DNA from: a phage
Reading direction: 5' to 3' (one strand)
Length of the DNA stretch: 64,000 bases
Sequence record: PX880103.1
Shown: positions 25,612 to 34,073 of the stretch, in pieces
Layout: each line of letters opens with the position of its first letter
Position numbering within the stretch: position 1 is the first letter of the stretch
Notes under the pieces: model-generated
What the model saw: only the letters and a program-made list of their open reading frames with translations
What the model was told of the DNA's origin: nothing
The model's database searches: none
Made by a program: the position numbers and the translations under genes

Positions 25612-25812
25612 ATGGTACAAAAATTAATGGCACTTGTTAATGCCATCAAAGGTAATAAGAAACGTATAGCTTTTACTATTTCTGCTATGGTAGGAATTTT
25701 ACTCTGGAATTTTGTTTTATCGCCAATTGCTATTGCTCATGGCGTTAATATTCCAGTAATTACTCTTGATACATTCGTAGATTTAGCATTTGCTTTAGTT
25801 GGGTTAATTTAA
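25612..25812 (+). CDS. Small membrane protein (66 aa), plus-strand
   Basis: Strong SD AAGGAGGA 6 nt before ATG; two hydrophobic segments; the only plus-strand ORF inside the minus-strand early block. Confidence 0.5.
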   Translation: MVQKLMALVNAIKGNKKRIAFTISAMVGILLWNFVLSPIAIAHGVNIPVITLDTFVDLAFALVGLI

Positions 25813-26837
25813 ATCTTAGCATATTTAGATAGCCGCATTTTAGCCATCAACCCTTGAGCAATATTATTTTTCATATATTCCATAATTTGTTCAGGGGTTG
25901 CACCTTCCTTTCTAATCATATCATTAACATCTTTTGATTTCCAGGGAGATTTGTCCCAAAACATAACCCTTTCTCCTGCATCAACTAATTTAGTCATTCG
26001 TTTAATAGTGTCAGGGTGACGAGGTTCATTATCTAAAACCCATACACGTCTATCTTTAAATGGAACAATTTCTAGGTCTAATTGACCACCCGTAATAGCT
26101 ATACCATTTTCAATAAAAAGTGAATCTATAGGTCCTTCTAGAACATATACATCACCATCTTTAACTCGTTCGACTCCATATATTTTTGTTGCCTCAGGAT
26201 AAGCTTTAATGGTGATATATTTTTGGGGAGCATCTTTCTTTAATGCACGTCCTTGAAAAGACTCAGCTTTTCCATTAGCATTATAAATTGGAATAACAAG
26301 ACGAGGCTCAGAAATTTCCTTTTTATATGTTCCCGGTGCTATGCTATTAACCAATTTAGGCCATTCGGTTGTAAACCAAAGATATTTCCATTTATCCTTT
26401 GGAATACAACGAGCTTTTACATATTTTATAATTGGATGGTCTTCCGTCAGTTTATCTAATCTAACACATGACGGAAGAGATTTAATTATTTTCTTCTCAG
26501 GTTGTTTAGGAAGTTCTTTAGGTTTTTCTACTGGACGACTTTTACCTTTTTCTTTTCTTATTTCAAAGATATACTCACGATATAAATCAGGTTCAAACTC
26601 CTTTAAATATATTCCGATTGGTGCATGATAGTTGCAGTTATAACAATGAATATTTCCTTCATTATTATCACCATAATACCATCCACGAGCTTTATTCTGG
26701 TCGGTTTTTGAATCTCCACAAACAGGGCATCTAAACCGTAATTTAAAAGTTGAACTATTATTTACTTGTGTGAATTTAGGTAAATGAGCTAATGCACGAT
26801 ACGCAAACTCATTATCAATCCAAGGTATTGATGACAT
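25809..26837 (-). CDS. 61: DNA primase gp61
   Basis: 342 aa as in T4 gp61; N-terminal zinc ribbon CPVCGDSK...CYNCNYH; ATG confirmed. Confidence 0.9.
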   Translation of the reverse strand: MSSIPWIDNEFAYRALAHLPKFTQVNNSSTFKLRFRCPVCGDSKTDQNKARGWYYGDNNEGNIHCYNCNYHAPIGIYLKEFEPDLYREYIFEIRKEKGKSRPVEKPKELPKQPEKKIIKSLPSCVRLDKLTEDHPIIKYVKARCIPKDKWKYLWFTTEWPKLVNSIAPGTYKKEISEPRLVIPIYNANGKAESFQGRALKKDAPQKYITIKAYPEATKIYGVERVKDGDVYVLEGPIDSLFIENGIAITGGQLDLEIVPFKDRRVWVLDNEPRHPDTIKRMTKLVDAGERVMFWDKSPWKSKDVNDMIRKEGATPEQIMEYMKNNIAQGLMAKMRLSKYAKI

Positions 26838-26839
26838 TT

Positions 26840-27004
26840 TTACTCTTCTTTTTCTTTAGATTCCTCTTTTTTCTTTTTAGGAATCTGTTCAGGACCTTTA
26901 TTTACTACAGCGCCTGATGTTGTTCCAGTAGAGATATTTTCAGGATTACCACCTGAATCTCCAGCGACCATATCTTCTTTGATAAATTCTTTATATGTTT
27001 TCAT
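26840..27004 (-). CDS. Small protein (54 aa, 61.1 position)
   Basis: Below track cutoff; SD AGAGG; fits exactly between 61.2 stop and primase start; lysine/glutamate-rich tail. Confidence 0.45.
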   Translation of the reverse strand: MKTYKEFIKEDMVAGDSGGNPENISTGTTSGAVVNKGPEQIPKKKKEESKEKEE

Positions 27005-27005
27005 A

Positions 27006-27632
27006 TTAACCTCTATTCATAAAAGCATTAAAAATTTGGTCATCAATAGAAACATTTACTTTAGACTGTTTTTCTGATGGTAATTCATATCCACATATTA
27101 CAATTTTGTGATCAATATCAAAATACACAGAAGCAATATGATTAATGATGTTTTCAGTAAAGTCTAAATCAACATCAATATCTTTTTGACCACAGCCCAA
27201 AGGATAAATAATGCGAGTAATTCGATTATCTTTAACAAAGATTCCACCGACATACTCTGTGCTGCGTTTAAAGTCTACACGCCGACGAAATGAAAAATAT
27301 TCAGGCTCTTTATGAGCTCGGCTCATAGGGCACAACGAATAACTAGAATAAGAGATGTCAAATCCTACGCCTTCAATATGAACTAAATTGTCATGATTAA
27401 ACCAATTATAATCATATGCCAAGTCCATTAGATTGTCATATGTGAAAGGCACCGGATTAACATCATTGGTCACAAGCATATAATTAGCAACTGCTATAAT
27501 TTCATTATTTTTAACGAATACAAACCGTGATTGATGCGAATGACCTGGACCTGCGTTTTCACGATTAATGATATAACACTGGGCACCTTTATATTTGTAC
27601 GTGTCTTTACACTTGTGCATTTGATAAAGCAT
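27006..27632 (-). CDS. Hypothetical protein (208 aa, 61.2 position)
   Basis: ORF track; ATG confirmed. Confidence 0.6.
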   Translation of the reverse strand: MLYQMHKCKDTYKYKGAQCYIINRENAGPGHSHQSRFVFVKNNEIIAVANYMLVTNDVNPVPFTYDNLMDLAYDYNWFNHDNLVHIEGVGFDISYSSYSLCPMSRAHKEPEYFSFRRRVDFKRSTEYVGGIFVKDNRITRIIYPLGCGQKDIDVDLDFTENIINHIASVYFDIDHKIVICGYELPSEKQSKVNVSIDDQIFNAFMNRG

Positions 27633-27925
27633 TATTCACCTACCACTTCAGCGATGATATTTTTATTATTAAAGTTTTTATCGCAATACAGAACATAATT
27701 ATACTGCATTACACCACCAGACTTAAGCTGTTTTTGCACTTCAGCTTTCATTTCAGGACGATCGCGCTCAACGATATTCATAATATCTGCTTCAATTTGG
27801 GTTTCAACTTCAATCTGATCTGCAGACATAGACCATTCACACAAATCTTTATCATAACCTGCCATAGCAGGCTGAGCAGCACAAGAAGCTAAAGCAAAAA
27901 TTGTAGCAAAGATAAATTTTTTCAT
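27632..27925 (-). CDS. sp: Spackle periplasmic protein (superinfection exclusion/lysozyme inhibitor in T4)
   Basis: 97 aa with signal peptide MKKFIFATIFALASCAAQPAMA; size and position match T4 sp (61.3). Confidence 0.7.
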   Translation of the reverse strand: MKKFIFATIFALASCAAQPAMAGYDKDLCEWSMSADQIEVETQIEADIMNIVERDRPEMKAEVQKQLKSGGVMQYNYVLYCDKNFNNKNIIAEVVGE

Positions 27926-27985
27926 GATAATCTCCTCAGTAGTTTATGTTTATATAGTATCTCAATTTCCAACAAAAGTAAACAG

Positions 27986-28243
27986 TTATTTTAAAACTTC
28001 TGCGTAATCACATGTTACAAACTGTTTCTCTAGCTTGACGATTTTACGAAAGTATCTTTTGCATTGACGAATCTGTCGCTTCGTAGGGCGAACAGCAAAC
28101 TTAATAAATTCCACTCGACCAAATGGAGGACTTTCTTCTGCTGGAATATCTAGCACCAATTCCCACGTATCTGCAATAAGTGCTTTGAATTGCGTATTTT
28201 TCCTGACGTTATACGGAGTAGGTTTAAATAAAACAATATGCAT
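27986..28243 (-). CDS. Hypothetical protein (85 aa, 61.4 position)
   Basis: ATG at 28243 with GAGGA SD, one nt after dmd stop (track start is TTG and overlaps dmd). Confidence 0.5.
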   Translation of the reverse strand: MHIVLFKPTPYNVRKNTQFKALIADTWELVLDIPAEESPPFGRVEFIKFAVRPTKRQIRQCKRYFRKIVKLEKQFVTCDYAEVLK

Positions 28244-28244
28244 A

Positions 28245-28427
28245 TTATCCTCGGCAATCCACTTCACACACTTTCTTGTCATCAATGAAAGCTTTAACTA
28301 ATGCTTTATTAACTTCAGCATATTGAGTAGTAGCCCATTGAACGTCATCTTTCATCATTGTGGTTTCTTTAGTAAACATACTTTCATTCTTAAACCACCC
28401 CATAAAAACTACCTTTACCAATTCCAT
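28245..28427 (-). CDS. dmd: Dmd antitoxin (inhibitor of host RnlA/LsoA RNase toxins)
   Basis: 60 aa; sequence MELVKVVFMGWFKNESMFTKE...KKVCEVDCRG recognisable as T4 Dmd; GAGGAG SD. Confidence 0.8.
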   Translation of the reverse strand: MELVKVVFMGWFKNESMFTKETTMMKDDVQWATTQYAEVNKALVKAFIDDKKVCEVDCRG

Positions 28428-28456
28428 AACAATCTCCTCATTTAACCAACAAGACT

Positions 28457-28486
28457 ACTATACCATAGTCTTGTCAGCTTGTAAAC
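28457..28486 (-). promoter_or_regulatory. Early promoter (GTTTAC-N18-TATAGT) for dmd
   Basis: Minus-strand GTTTAC at 28481-28486; the -10 lies in the loop of inverted repeat acaagact/agtcttgt (28449-28474). Confidence 0.6.
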
Positions 28487-29913
28487 TAAAATTTTAATTC
28501 ATTTGCCAAAGCATCTAACTGAGCTCGAGCTGATTCGTTTCTTTGATAGCGATTCTGCTCAGCCTGAATCTGCTGTGAACCTGCTACCTCACTCACTTCA
28601 GTTGGAGTAGAATCTTGTTCAATTTCTACCCATTTCTGATTTCCTTTTTGAACACCCATCAAAAACTTATTCCATTTGTTCTTATCGCCATATCGTGATT
28701 TGATTTGCTTAATGAGTTGTTGCTCAGCAGCTGCCAACTCCTCGGTTTCAATGACCGCAAGCATAAAATCGGCTGTTGCTGGAAGACCGGCAGATTCTGC
28801 AATATCGCTCATGTTAACATCAGAAGAGTCCCAAGCTTGCTTACCAACCTGTGCTGCAGTCCAAAGAACAGTTTCGGTTTCAACAGCAAGAGCACGCAAT
28901 TCCTCTGCAATAGCTTTAACAGTTGTGTAACTATTTTCTGAATAAACTCTGATGCGGCAAGATTTACAAATACCTAGATAGTCGACAATAATGATTGTTG
29001 GAACAAAATTCTTTTTGAGCTTCAATTCGTTTAAAAGTGATCGAAATGTATTAGCATCTGCTCCGCCAGTAGGATACTGTTTAACGATTAAACGACCGAG
29101 AGTAGATTTCTCACGCCATTTTTCCATTTTTCCTTTATACTCAGCGTAAGAAATATGCCCATCATCAATGTCATCAAGAGAAACATCAAGCATATTAGCA
29201 TCAATACGTTTAGCACAGACTTCTTCTGCCATTTCCATGGAAATGTAAAGAACATTATGTCCGAGCTGCAAATAATCTGCTGCCAATGAACACAGACCTA
29301 ATGACTTACCAACGTTAACGCCAGCCATTAAAACGTTCAGTGTTCCAGTCTCAGCTCCGCCTTTAGTAATTTTGTTTAGAATTCTGAGTTTAAATGGAAC
29401 CTTACGAGCTTTATTCATATAAGATAGCCAACGTGCTTCGTAGTCATCCATCCAATCATGACCAACGTAGCTATCAAATGAAATAGATAATGCTTGGCGC
29501 ATGATGTCAGGAATAGCACCAACGTCCGGCATTTTCTTATTTCGTTTTTCCGGAGGAAGCTCAGCATTAGTTTGAATTTCGATTATTTTAGACGTAGCAT
29601 TAAACATCGCCCTTTGCTGAACATATTTTTCTGTTTCTTTTATTAACCAGCTGTGGTCTTCCGGAGAATCAGCTAGTTTTGAAATAAGTGTTTTTACACC
29701 AGAATATTCTGTTTCAGTAAATGAACTATTTTCTAATGCAACATTTAACGCATTAATAGATGGAACGCTATGATACTCATTGACATGAGATTTAATTAAT
29801 TTGAATGTATTTTTAGCTGGACCACTTTCAAAATATTCTGAATCCATATATGGCCAAACTTTTGAAAAATAAGCTTGATCAAATATGAGATGAGAAAGAA
29901 TAATTTCTACCAC
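28486..29913 (-). CDS. 41: Replicative DNA helicase gp41 (DnaB-like)
   Basis: 475 aa as in T4 gp41; Walker A GVNVGKS; GTG start per track. Confidence 0.9.
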   Translation of the reverse strand: MVEIILSHLIFDQAYFSKVWPYMDSEYFESGPAKNTFKLIKSHVNEYHSVPSINALNVALENSSFTETEYSGVKTLISKLADSPEDHSWLIKETEKYVQQRAMFNATSKIIEIQTNAELPPEKRNKKMPDVGAIPDIMRQALSISFDSYVGHDWMDDYEARWLSYMNKARKVPFKLRILNKITKGGAETGTLNVLMAGVNVGKSLGLCSLAADYLQLGHNVLYISMEMAEEVCAKRIDANMLDVSLDDIDDGHISYAEYKGKMEKWREKSTLGRLIVKQYPTGGADANTFRSLLNELKLKKNFVPTIIIVDYLGICKSCRIRVYSENSYTTVKAIAEELRALAVETETVLWTAAQVGKQAWDSSDVNMSDIAESAGLPATADFMLAVIETEELAAAEQQLIKQIKSRYGDKNKWNKFLMGVQKGNQKWVEIEQDSTPTEVSEVAGSQQIQAEQNRYQRNESARAQLDALANELKF

Positions 29914-29922
29914 ACTTACTCC

Positions 29923-30267
29923 TTAAAAGAATTTAAATTTTTTCTTTGACCTTTTATTAAATGCATCTTGCAGTTGCATTGTAATACATTTTTCTACATG
30001 AGGAGCTAACTCAGCTTTTCTTTCTTGGTCAAGAACAGCAAAGTCCATTACAACCTTTCCATCAACCCAATCCAGTTTAGTTACATACACTATATGTGTA
30101 GAACCATCTTCTAGTTTAATGACAATCTCCTGGATAACATTTTCCATAGCGGATTTAATTATCTTAAGAGACTCATTAAAAAGACGTTCTTTTCTTTCTT
30201 CTTCCCCCTCCGAAGAGGGGGATTCATCGATAATTTCTAGATCTAAATCTAAATCATCTTTATTCAT
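29923..30267 (-). CDS. 40: gp40-like head vertex assembly protein (114 aa from ATG)
   Basis: Position between 41 and uvsX; ATG at 30267 preferred over the GTG track start at 30285; acidic N-terminus. Confidence 0.5.
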   Translation of the reverse strand: MNKDDLDLDLEIIDESPSSEGEEERKERLFNESLKIIKSAMENVIQEIVIKLEDGSTHIVYVTKLDWVDGKVVMDFAVLDQERKAELAPHVEKCITMQLQDAFNKRSKKKFKFF

Positions 30268-31441
30268 TAAATTCTTCCATATCACTTAACTGTTCGAGGT
30301 CAGTTTCTAAATCAGCTGCTGATTTACTTTTACTTTCTGGAGATTTAAATTTTTCAACCTTTGAGTTAATCAATTCATCAACTTCAGCTTCAACAATTTC
30401 ATTACTATCAATAGCACCTAACTGATAAGCACGTTTAATAGCATCTCGGAATGGTTGATGTTTAAATAAAGGACCCCAGAATGTAGTGCAGTTGGTATCT
30501 TTTGCACGCCAAGATTTTTCTTCACGAATCATCTCGCCGGTTTCTTCATCAAGAAATTCACGAGCATACCAACCGTTCTTAGGTTTTACCACAAATCCTA
30601 ATTCTAGAGCCATATCTAACAATCCAGAATAAGGATCGATACCACCGTCAAATTTAACATCAATAAAGAATTTACTTTTTTCTTTAACGGTACGAGATTT
30701 TTCTACATTTAGAACAAATTGATACCCTTGAAGATCGGAACCATCTTTAATCTGGCGCTTACCGATAATGAATACAGTATCAGCCGAATACATTACGCCT
30801 GTACCACCTGTCATCACGGTTTTACTAAACATTTCAATTGTTTCAATTGTATGGTTAACCGCAACACATGGAATATTTTTAATGCTAAAATAAGGAGTAA
30901 CAATACGGAATAATGACTTCAGTGATTTAGCACGAGTCATATCTGCCACAGATTTTTCATTCAAGGCATCTTCCGTTTCTTTCTTAGAAGCCATATTACC
31001 GATTGAGTCGATGAATACAATAACCTTTTCACCACGCTCAATAGCTTCAAGCTGGTTCACCATATCAATTTTCAGCTGTTCAACTGACTGGATTGGCGTA
31101 TGAATTACTCGTTCCGGGTCAACTCCCATGGATCGCAAATAAGCTGGAGTAATACCAAATTCGCTATCATAGAATAGACAAACCGCGTCAGGATATTTGT
31201 TCAAATATGCCGCAACCATAGTCAAAGACATATTTGATTTAAAGTGTTTAGAAGGTCCTGCGAAAATAGTTAAACCAGACTGCATACCGCCATCAATCGC
31301 GCCAGAAATAGCGATATTAAGCATTGGGATTTTTGTACGGATTACATCCTTTTCATTAAAGAATTTAGACGTAGTCAGTTCAGCAGTCATTTTAGAAGTG
31401 GAAGCTTTAATCAAACGGGATTTTAAATCTGCAATAGACAT
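30260..31441 (-). CDS. uvsX: RecA-like recombinase UvsX
   Basis: 393 aa; RecA fold with Walker A GPSKHFKS; size as T4 UvsX; ATG confirmed. Confidence 0.9.
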   Translation of the reverse strand: MSIADLKSRLIKASTSKMTAELTTSKFFNEKDVIRTKIPMLNIAISGAIDGGMQSGLTIFAGPSKHFKSNMSLTMVAAYLNKYPDAVCLFYDSEFGITPAYLRSMGVDPERVIHTPIQSVEQLKIDMVNQLEAIERGEKVIVFIDSIGNMASKKETEDALNEKSVADMTRAKSLKSLFRIVTPYFSIKNIPCVAVNHTIETIEMFSKTVMTGGTGVMYSADTVFIIGKRQIKDGSDLQGYQFVLNVEKSRTVKEKSKFFIDVKFDGGIDPYSGLLDMALELGFVVKPKNGWYAREFLDEETGEMIREEKSWRAKDTNCTTFWGPLFKHQPFRDAIKRAYQLGAIDSNEIVEAEVDELINSKVEKFKSPESKSKSAADLETDLEQLSDMEEFNE

Positions 31442-31518
31442 TCATTTTTTCCATAGGCATCATTATATTTTCCTCACTGGTTAAAGATAGAGTAATTATA
31501 ACACAATAAATTTAGGCA

Positions 31519-32361
31519 TTAATCAACTGCTATTGGATGAATAGCATTAAACTTATGAAATGCTTCTGATTTTTCTTTACGCGAAACACACATGCGAAGA
31601 ACCTTTAGTGGTTCATCTTCTTCACCCAACGATTTTCGTTTTTCAATATTCGATGTTTTCCAACGAGCTTGCTCTGGAAACTCTCTATTGATTTGCTCAA
31701 GCGCTCTATTATGTTTAGAATTACTACGAATTGAACTGCACCCGCCAGGAGCTTGTGCTTTTCCAGATACAACCAGATATTTGAACAAGGCCAAATGCGG
31801 ATAACCTTGATTAATTAAATTGAGAAATGCATACATATCTTCGCATAAATCAATTTTTCCATACCCAATTTGTTCTGTCGTAAGTTTTCCGAGGTCATAC
31901 CATGTATTCGTGAATCCATATGAATTTTCACGATAATTACCCCAAGATGAAGTAATTTTAAAAATTGGTAAACGAGCATGACCATGATAATACCCGCAAT
32001 CCATGGCATCTTCAACGTATTGAATCAATTCATAGAACTGTTCACGAGTTAATTGATTAACTTTATCCACACAACGACGATCATCTCGTTTTCGCATTGA
32101 ACTCATACGAATAGTAGTATCATCGTCAATCATCCAGATTCGTTGACCTGCATACATATCAGTAATTGCTTTACGAGTACCGGCAATTCCGTTTACATCA
32201 TCAGGAATAGTTATAATTTTAGCTCTAGACCCATAGGCATCATAATAAGCTTTTTCTTCATGTTCACGCACTACAATATGCGGTTCATAATCAGTCGGAA
32301 ACATATCAAGGGCAGAAACTGCCCCTACGCGCTGATAACTTGGAATTACAAATTGAATCAT
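31519..32361 (-). CDS. Putative DNA glycosyltransferase, GT-A fold (DxD), in the beta-gt position
   Basis: About 280 aa from ATG at 32361 (overlaps gene 42 stop); N-terminal VIPSYQR and WMIDDDTTI motifs typical of family-2 glycosyltransferases; does not resemble T4 beta-gt. Confidence 0.5.
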   Translation of the reverse strand: MIQFVIPSYQRVGAVSALDMFPTDYEPHIVVREHEEKAYYDAYGSRAKIITIPDDVNGIAGTRKAITDMYAGQRIWMIDDDTTIRMSSMRKRDDRRCVDKVNQLTREQFYELIQYVEDAMDCGYYHGHARLPIFKITSSWGNYRENSYGFTNTWYDLGKLTTEQIGYGKIDLCEDMYAFLNLINQGYPHLALFKYLVVSGKAQAPGGCSSIRSNSKHNRALEQINREFPEQARWKTSNIEKRKSLGEEDEPLKVLRMCVSRKEKSEAFHKFNAIHPIAVD

Positions 32362-33098
32362 TTCCACTCACCGTTATAATCTTTTTTCACAATATGAGTT
32401 TCGCCAGTATTCCACCAATGATCAACCAAGTAAAAATGACGAGAATATACATGAAGACTTCCAACATTCCATATAATAGAACCTGCTTTATACTGACGAG
32501 TTGAATCGCCTGCATTCAAATCAGATACTAATTTATCTAATACGTATTTTTGCCATGCATAATCATTACGGAATCCGAAGACTACGTCATTTGAACGCAT
32601 GCTTACTACTGCATTGACTTTCTTATCACGAATCAGGTACTGTACTGTATTCGTACACATGAAATCTGACATACCATCTTTATTGTAGTCAAACTGCATG
32701 GATGGACGAGTATAAATCATGATACCGCGTCGAGAATCAGGATTTTGACCAAGTTCAGCTAAACACATATCATACTGGGCATAGTTATCTTCTGACCAGA
32801 TAGCCCAACCATAATTCGAGTTAATTTCACCTTTAGAAGATGCTACTTGTTGCCAAATCTTCGGTGTTTCACCCGGAATATCTTTAACGAACAAGCTCTT
32901 AGATTTATACCATTCAAGTTCACGCTGAATGTATTCATCATTAAGAGCGCCAAAAATAAACGGTTCATCTGCTATAAATGATGCGCCAATAATTTCAATA
33001 GTTTTAACACCAGTTTTATCAACTACGAAATCTTTTTCTTTTAATGCAAGCCCCAAATGAAGACGGATTTCTTCAACTGTCATAGAGTCACTAATCAT
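32358..33098 (-). CDS. 42: dCMP hydroxymethylase gp42
   Basis: 246 aa as in T4 gp42; thymidylate-synthase-like; ATG confirmed. Confidence 0.9.
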   Translation of the reverse strand: MISDSMTVEEIRLHLGLALKEKDFVVDKTGVKTIEIIGASFIADEPFIFGALNDEYIQRELEWYKSKSLFVKDIPGETPKIWQQVASSKGEINSNYGWAIWSEDNYAQYDMCLAELGQNPDSRRGIMIYTRPSMQFDYNKDGMSDFMCTNTVQYLIRDKKVNAVVSMRSNDVVFGFRNDYAWQKYVLDKLVSDLNAGDSTRQYKAGSIIWNVGSLHVYSRHFYLVDHWWNTGETHIVKKDYNGEWK

Positions 33099-33251
33099 TT
33101 AAACCTCAATTGATACATTCATATTTAACTTGTAACAGTAATAAACTCCAACCTAAAATAATAGTTGGAATCATAAGAGGAACCGTTACACTATAGTATA
33201 TACTTATTATAACCATCAAGATTAAAAGCAACACTGCTATAATTTTGCTTT

Positions 33252-33503
33252 TCATTCCTTCTCTCTGATGATAATTACTTGATTTGGCTGTGCAGACTTT
33301 TTAGTTTCACCCGCAATTGACCAAATAAATGTAATAAACCAACCAATAATTGACCAGTTAAACAGTAAAGACGTGAAAAAGATTCCTACTGTCGATTTTG
33401 ACCCACGCATCAAGGCGATAAACCACGGAAGCATGTATATAATAATAGCCAACACACCTGAAACTAAAACCATAAAAATTGAACCTGCTATTAAAGTTTC
33501 CAT
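33252..33503 (-). CDS. imm: Immunity protein Imm (superinfection exclusion)
   Basis: 83 aa, two TM helices; size as T4 Imm; ATG confirmed. Confidence 0.8.
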   Translation of the reverse strand: METLIAGSIFMVLVSGVLAIIIYMLPWFIALMRGSKSTVGIFFTSLLFNWSIIGWFITFIWSIAGETKKSAQPNQVIIIREKE

Positions 33504-33510
33504 GTTTTCC

Positions 33511-33891
33511 TCACTTAATCAAATTTTTTACACATGAATTATAAGAATTCACTACATACTCCATCGGAGCATTTTTACCAGTACGCCACTGGTAATTATT
33601 AGCCCAATTTGCCCAAAGTTCTGCGCAGTAGTTTTCAATTTTTTCTTCGCGTGTAATTACATCAGAATTACGATATGCTTGAGCAGATTCATCTGGACGA
33701 ATAGCTTCGTCAAAATTCGCCTGCATTTGTTCTACTGTCTGTTTTGGAGCTTCTTTATAACACTTGACATTAGGATTATAAAATTTGCTTGAACAGTTTA
33801 CAATTTTTCCTACATCAGACTGATTTATTACCGGTCCTTGAGCTACACAACCAGTAAGACCTAATGCAATAACCAAAATAGCGATTTTCAT
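33511..33891 (-). CDS. Putative lipoprotein (126 aa, imm.1 position)
   Basis: ATG at 33891 after leader GGAG (track start at 33903 is TTG in the leader); signal peptide MKIAILVIALGLTGC with lipobox. Confidence 0.6.
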   Translation of the reverse strand: MKIAILVIALGLTGCVAQGPVINQSDVGKIVNCSSKFYNPNVKCYKEAPKQTVEQMQANFDEAIRPDESAQAYRNSDVITREEKIENYCAELWANWANNYQWRTGKNAPMEYVVNSYNSCVKNLIK

Positions 33892-33925
33892 TTCATTCTC
33901 CAAATCCGTATCAGTTGATAGTTAT

Positions 33926-33955
33926 ATAGTACCATAGAAGAACAGTCTTGTAAAC
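33926..33955 (-). promoter_or_regulatory. Early promoter cassette (GTTTAC-N18-TACTAT plus conserved leader) for imm.1
   Basis: Minus-strand GTTTAC at 33950-33955 and TACTAT at 33926-33931. Confidence 0.65.
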
Positions 33956-34044
33956 AGTTTTGTGAAAAAATTTTTTAGGGAATTCTAAAGGTCCAGAATC
34001 ATCTGTTTTTCATAAGTATAGATTTATATTACTTGTATGAAAAA

Positions 34045-34060
34045 GGGACCCGGAGGTCCC
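34045..34060 (-). terminator. Hairpin plus T-run after gene 43
   Basis: gggacc-cgga-ggtccc followed on the minus strand by TTTTTCAT. Confidence 0.65.
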
Positions 34061-34073
34061 TAGATTTATTCTA

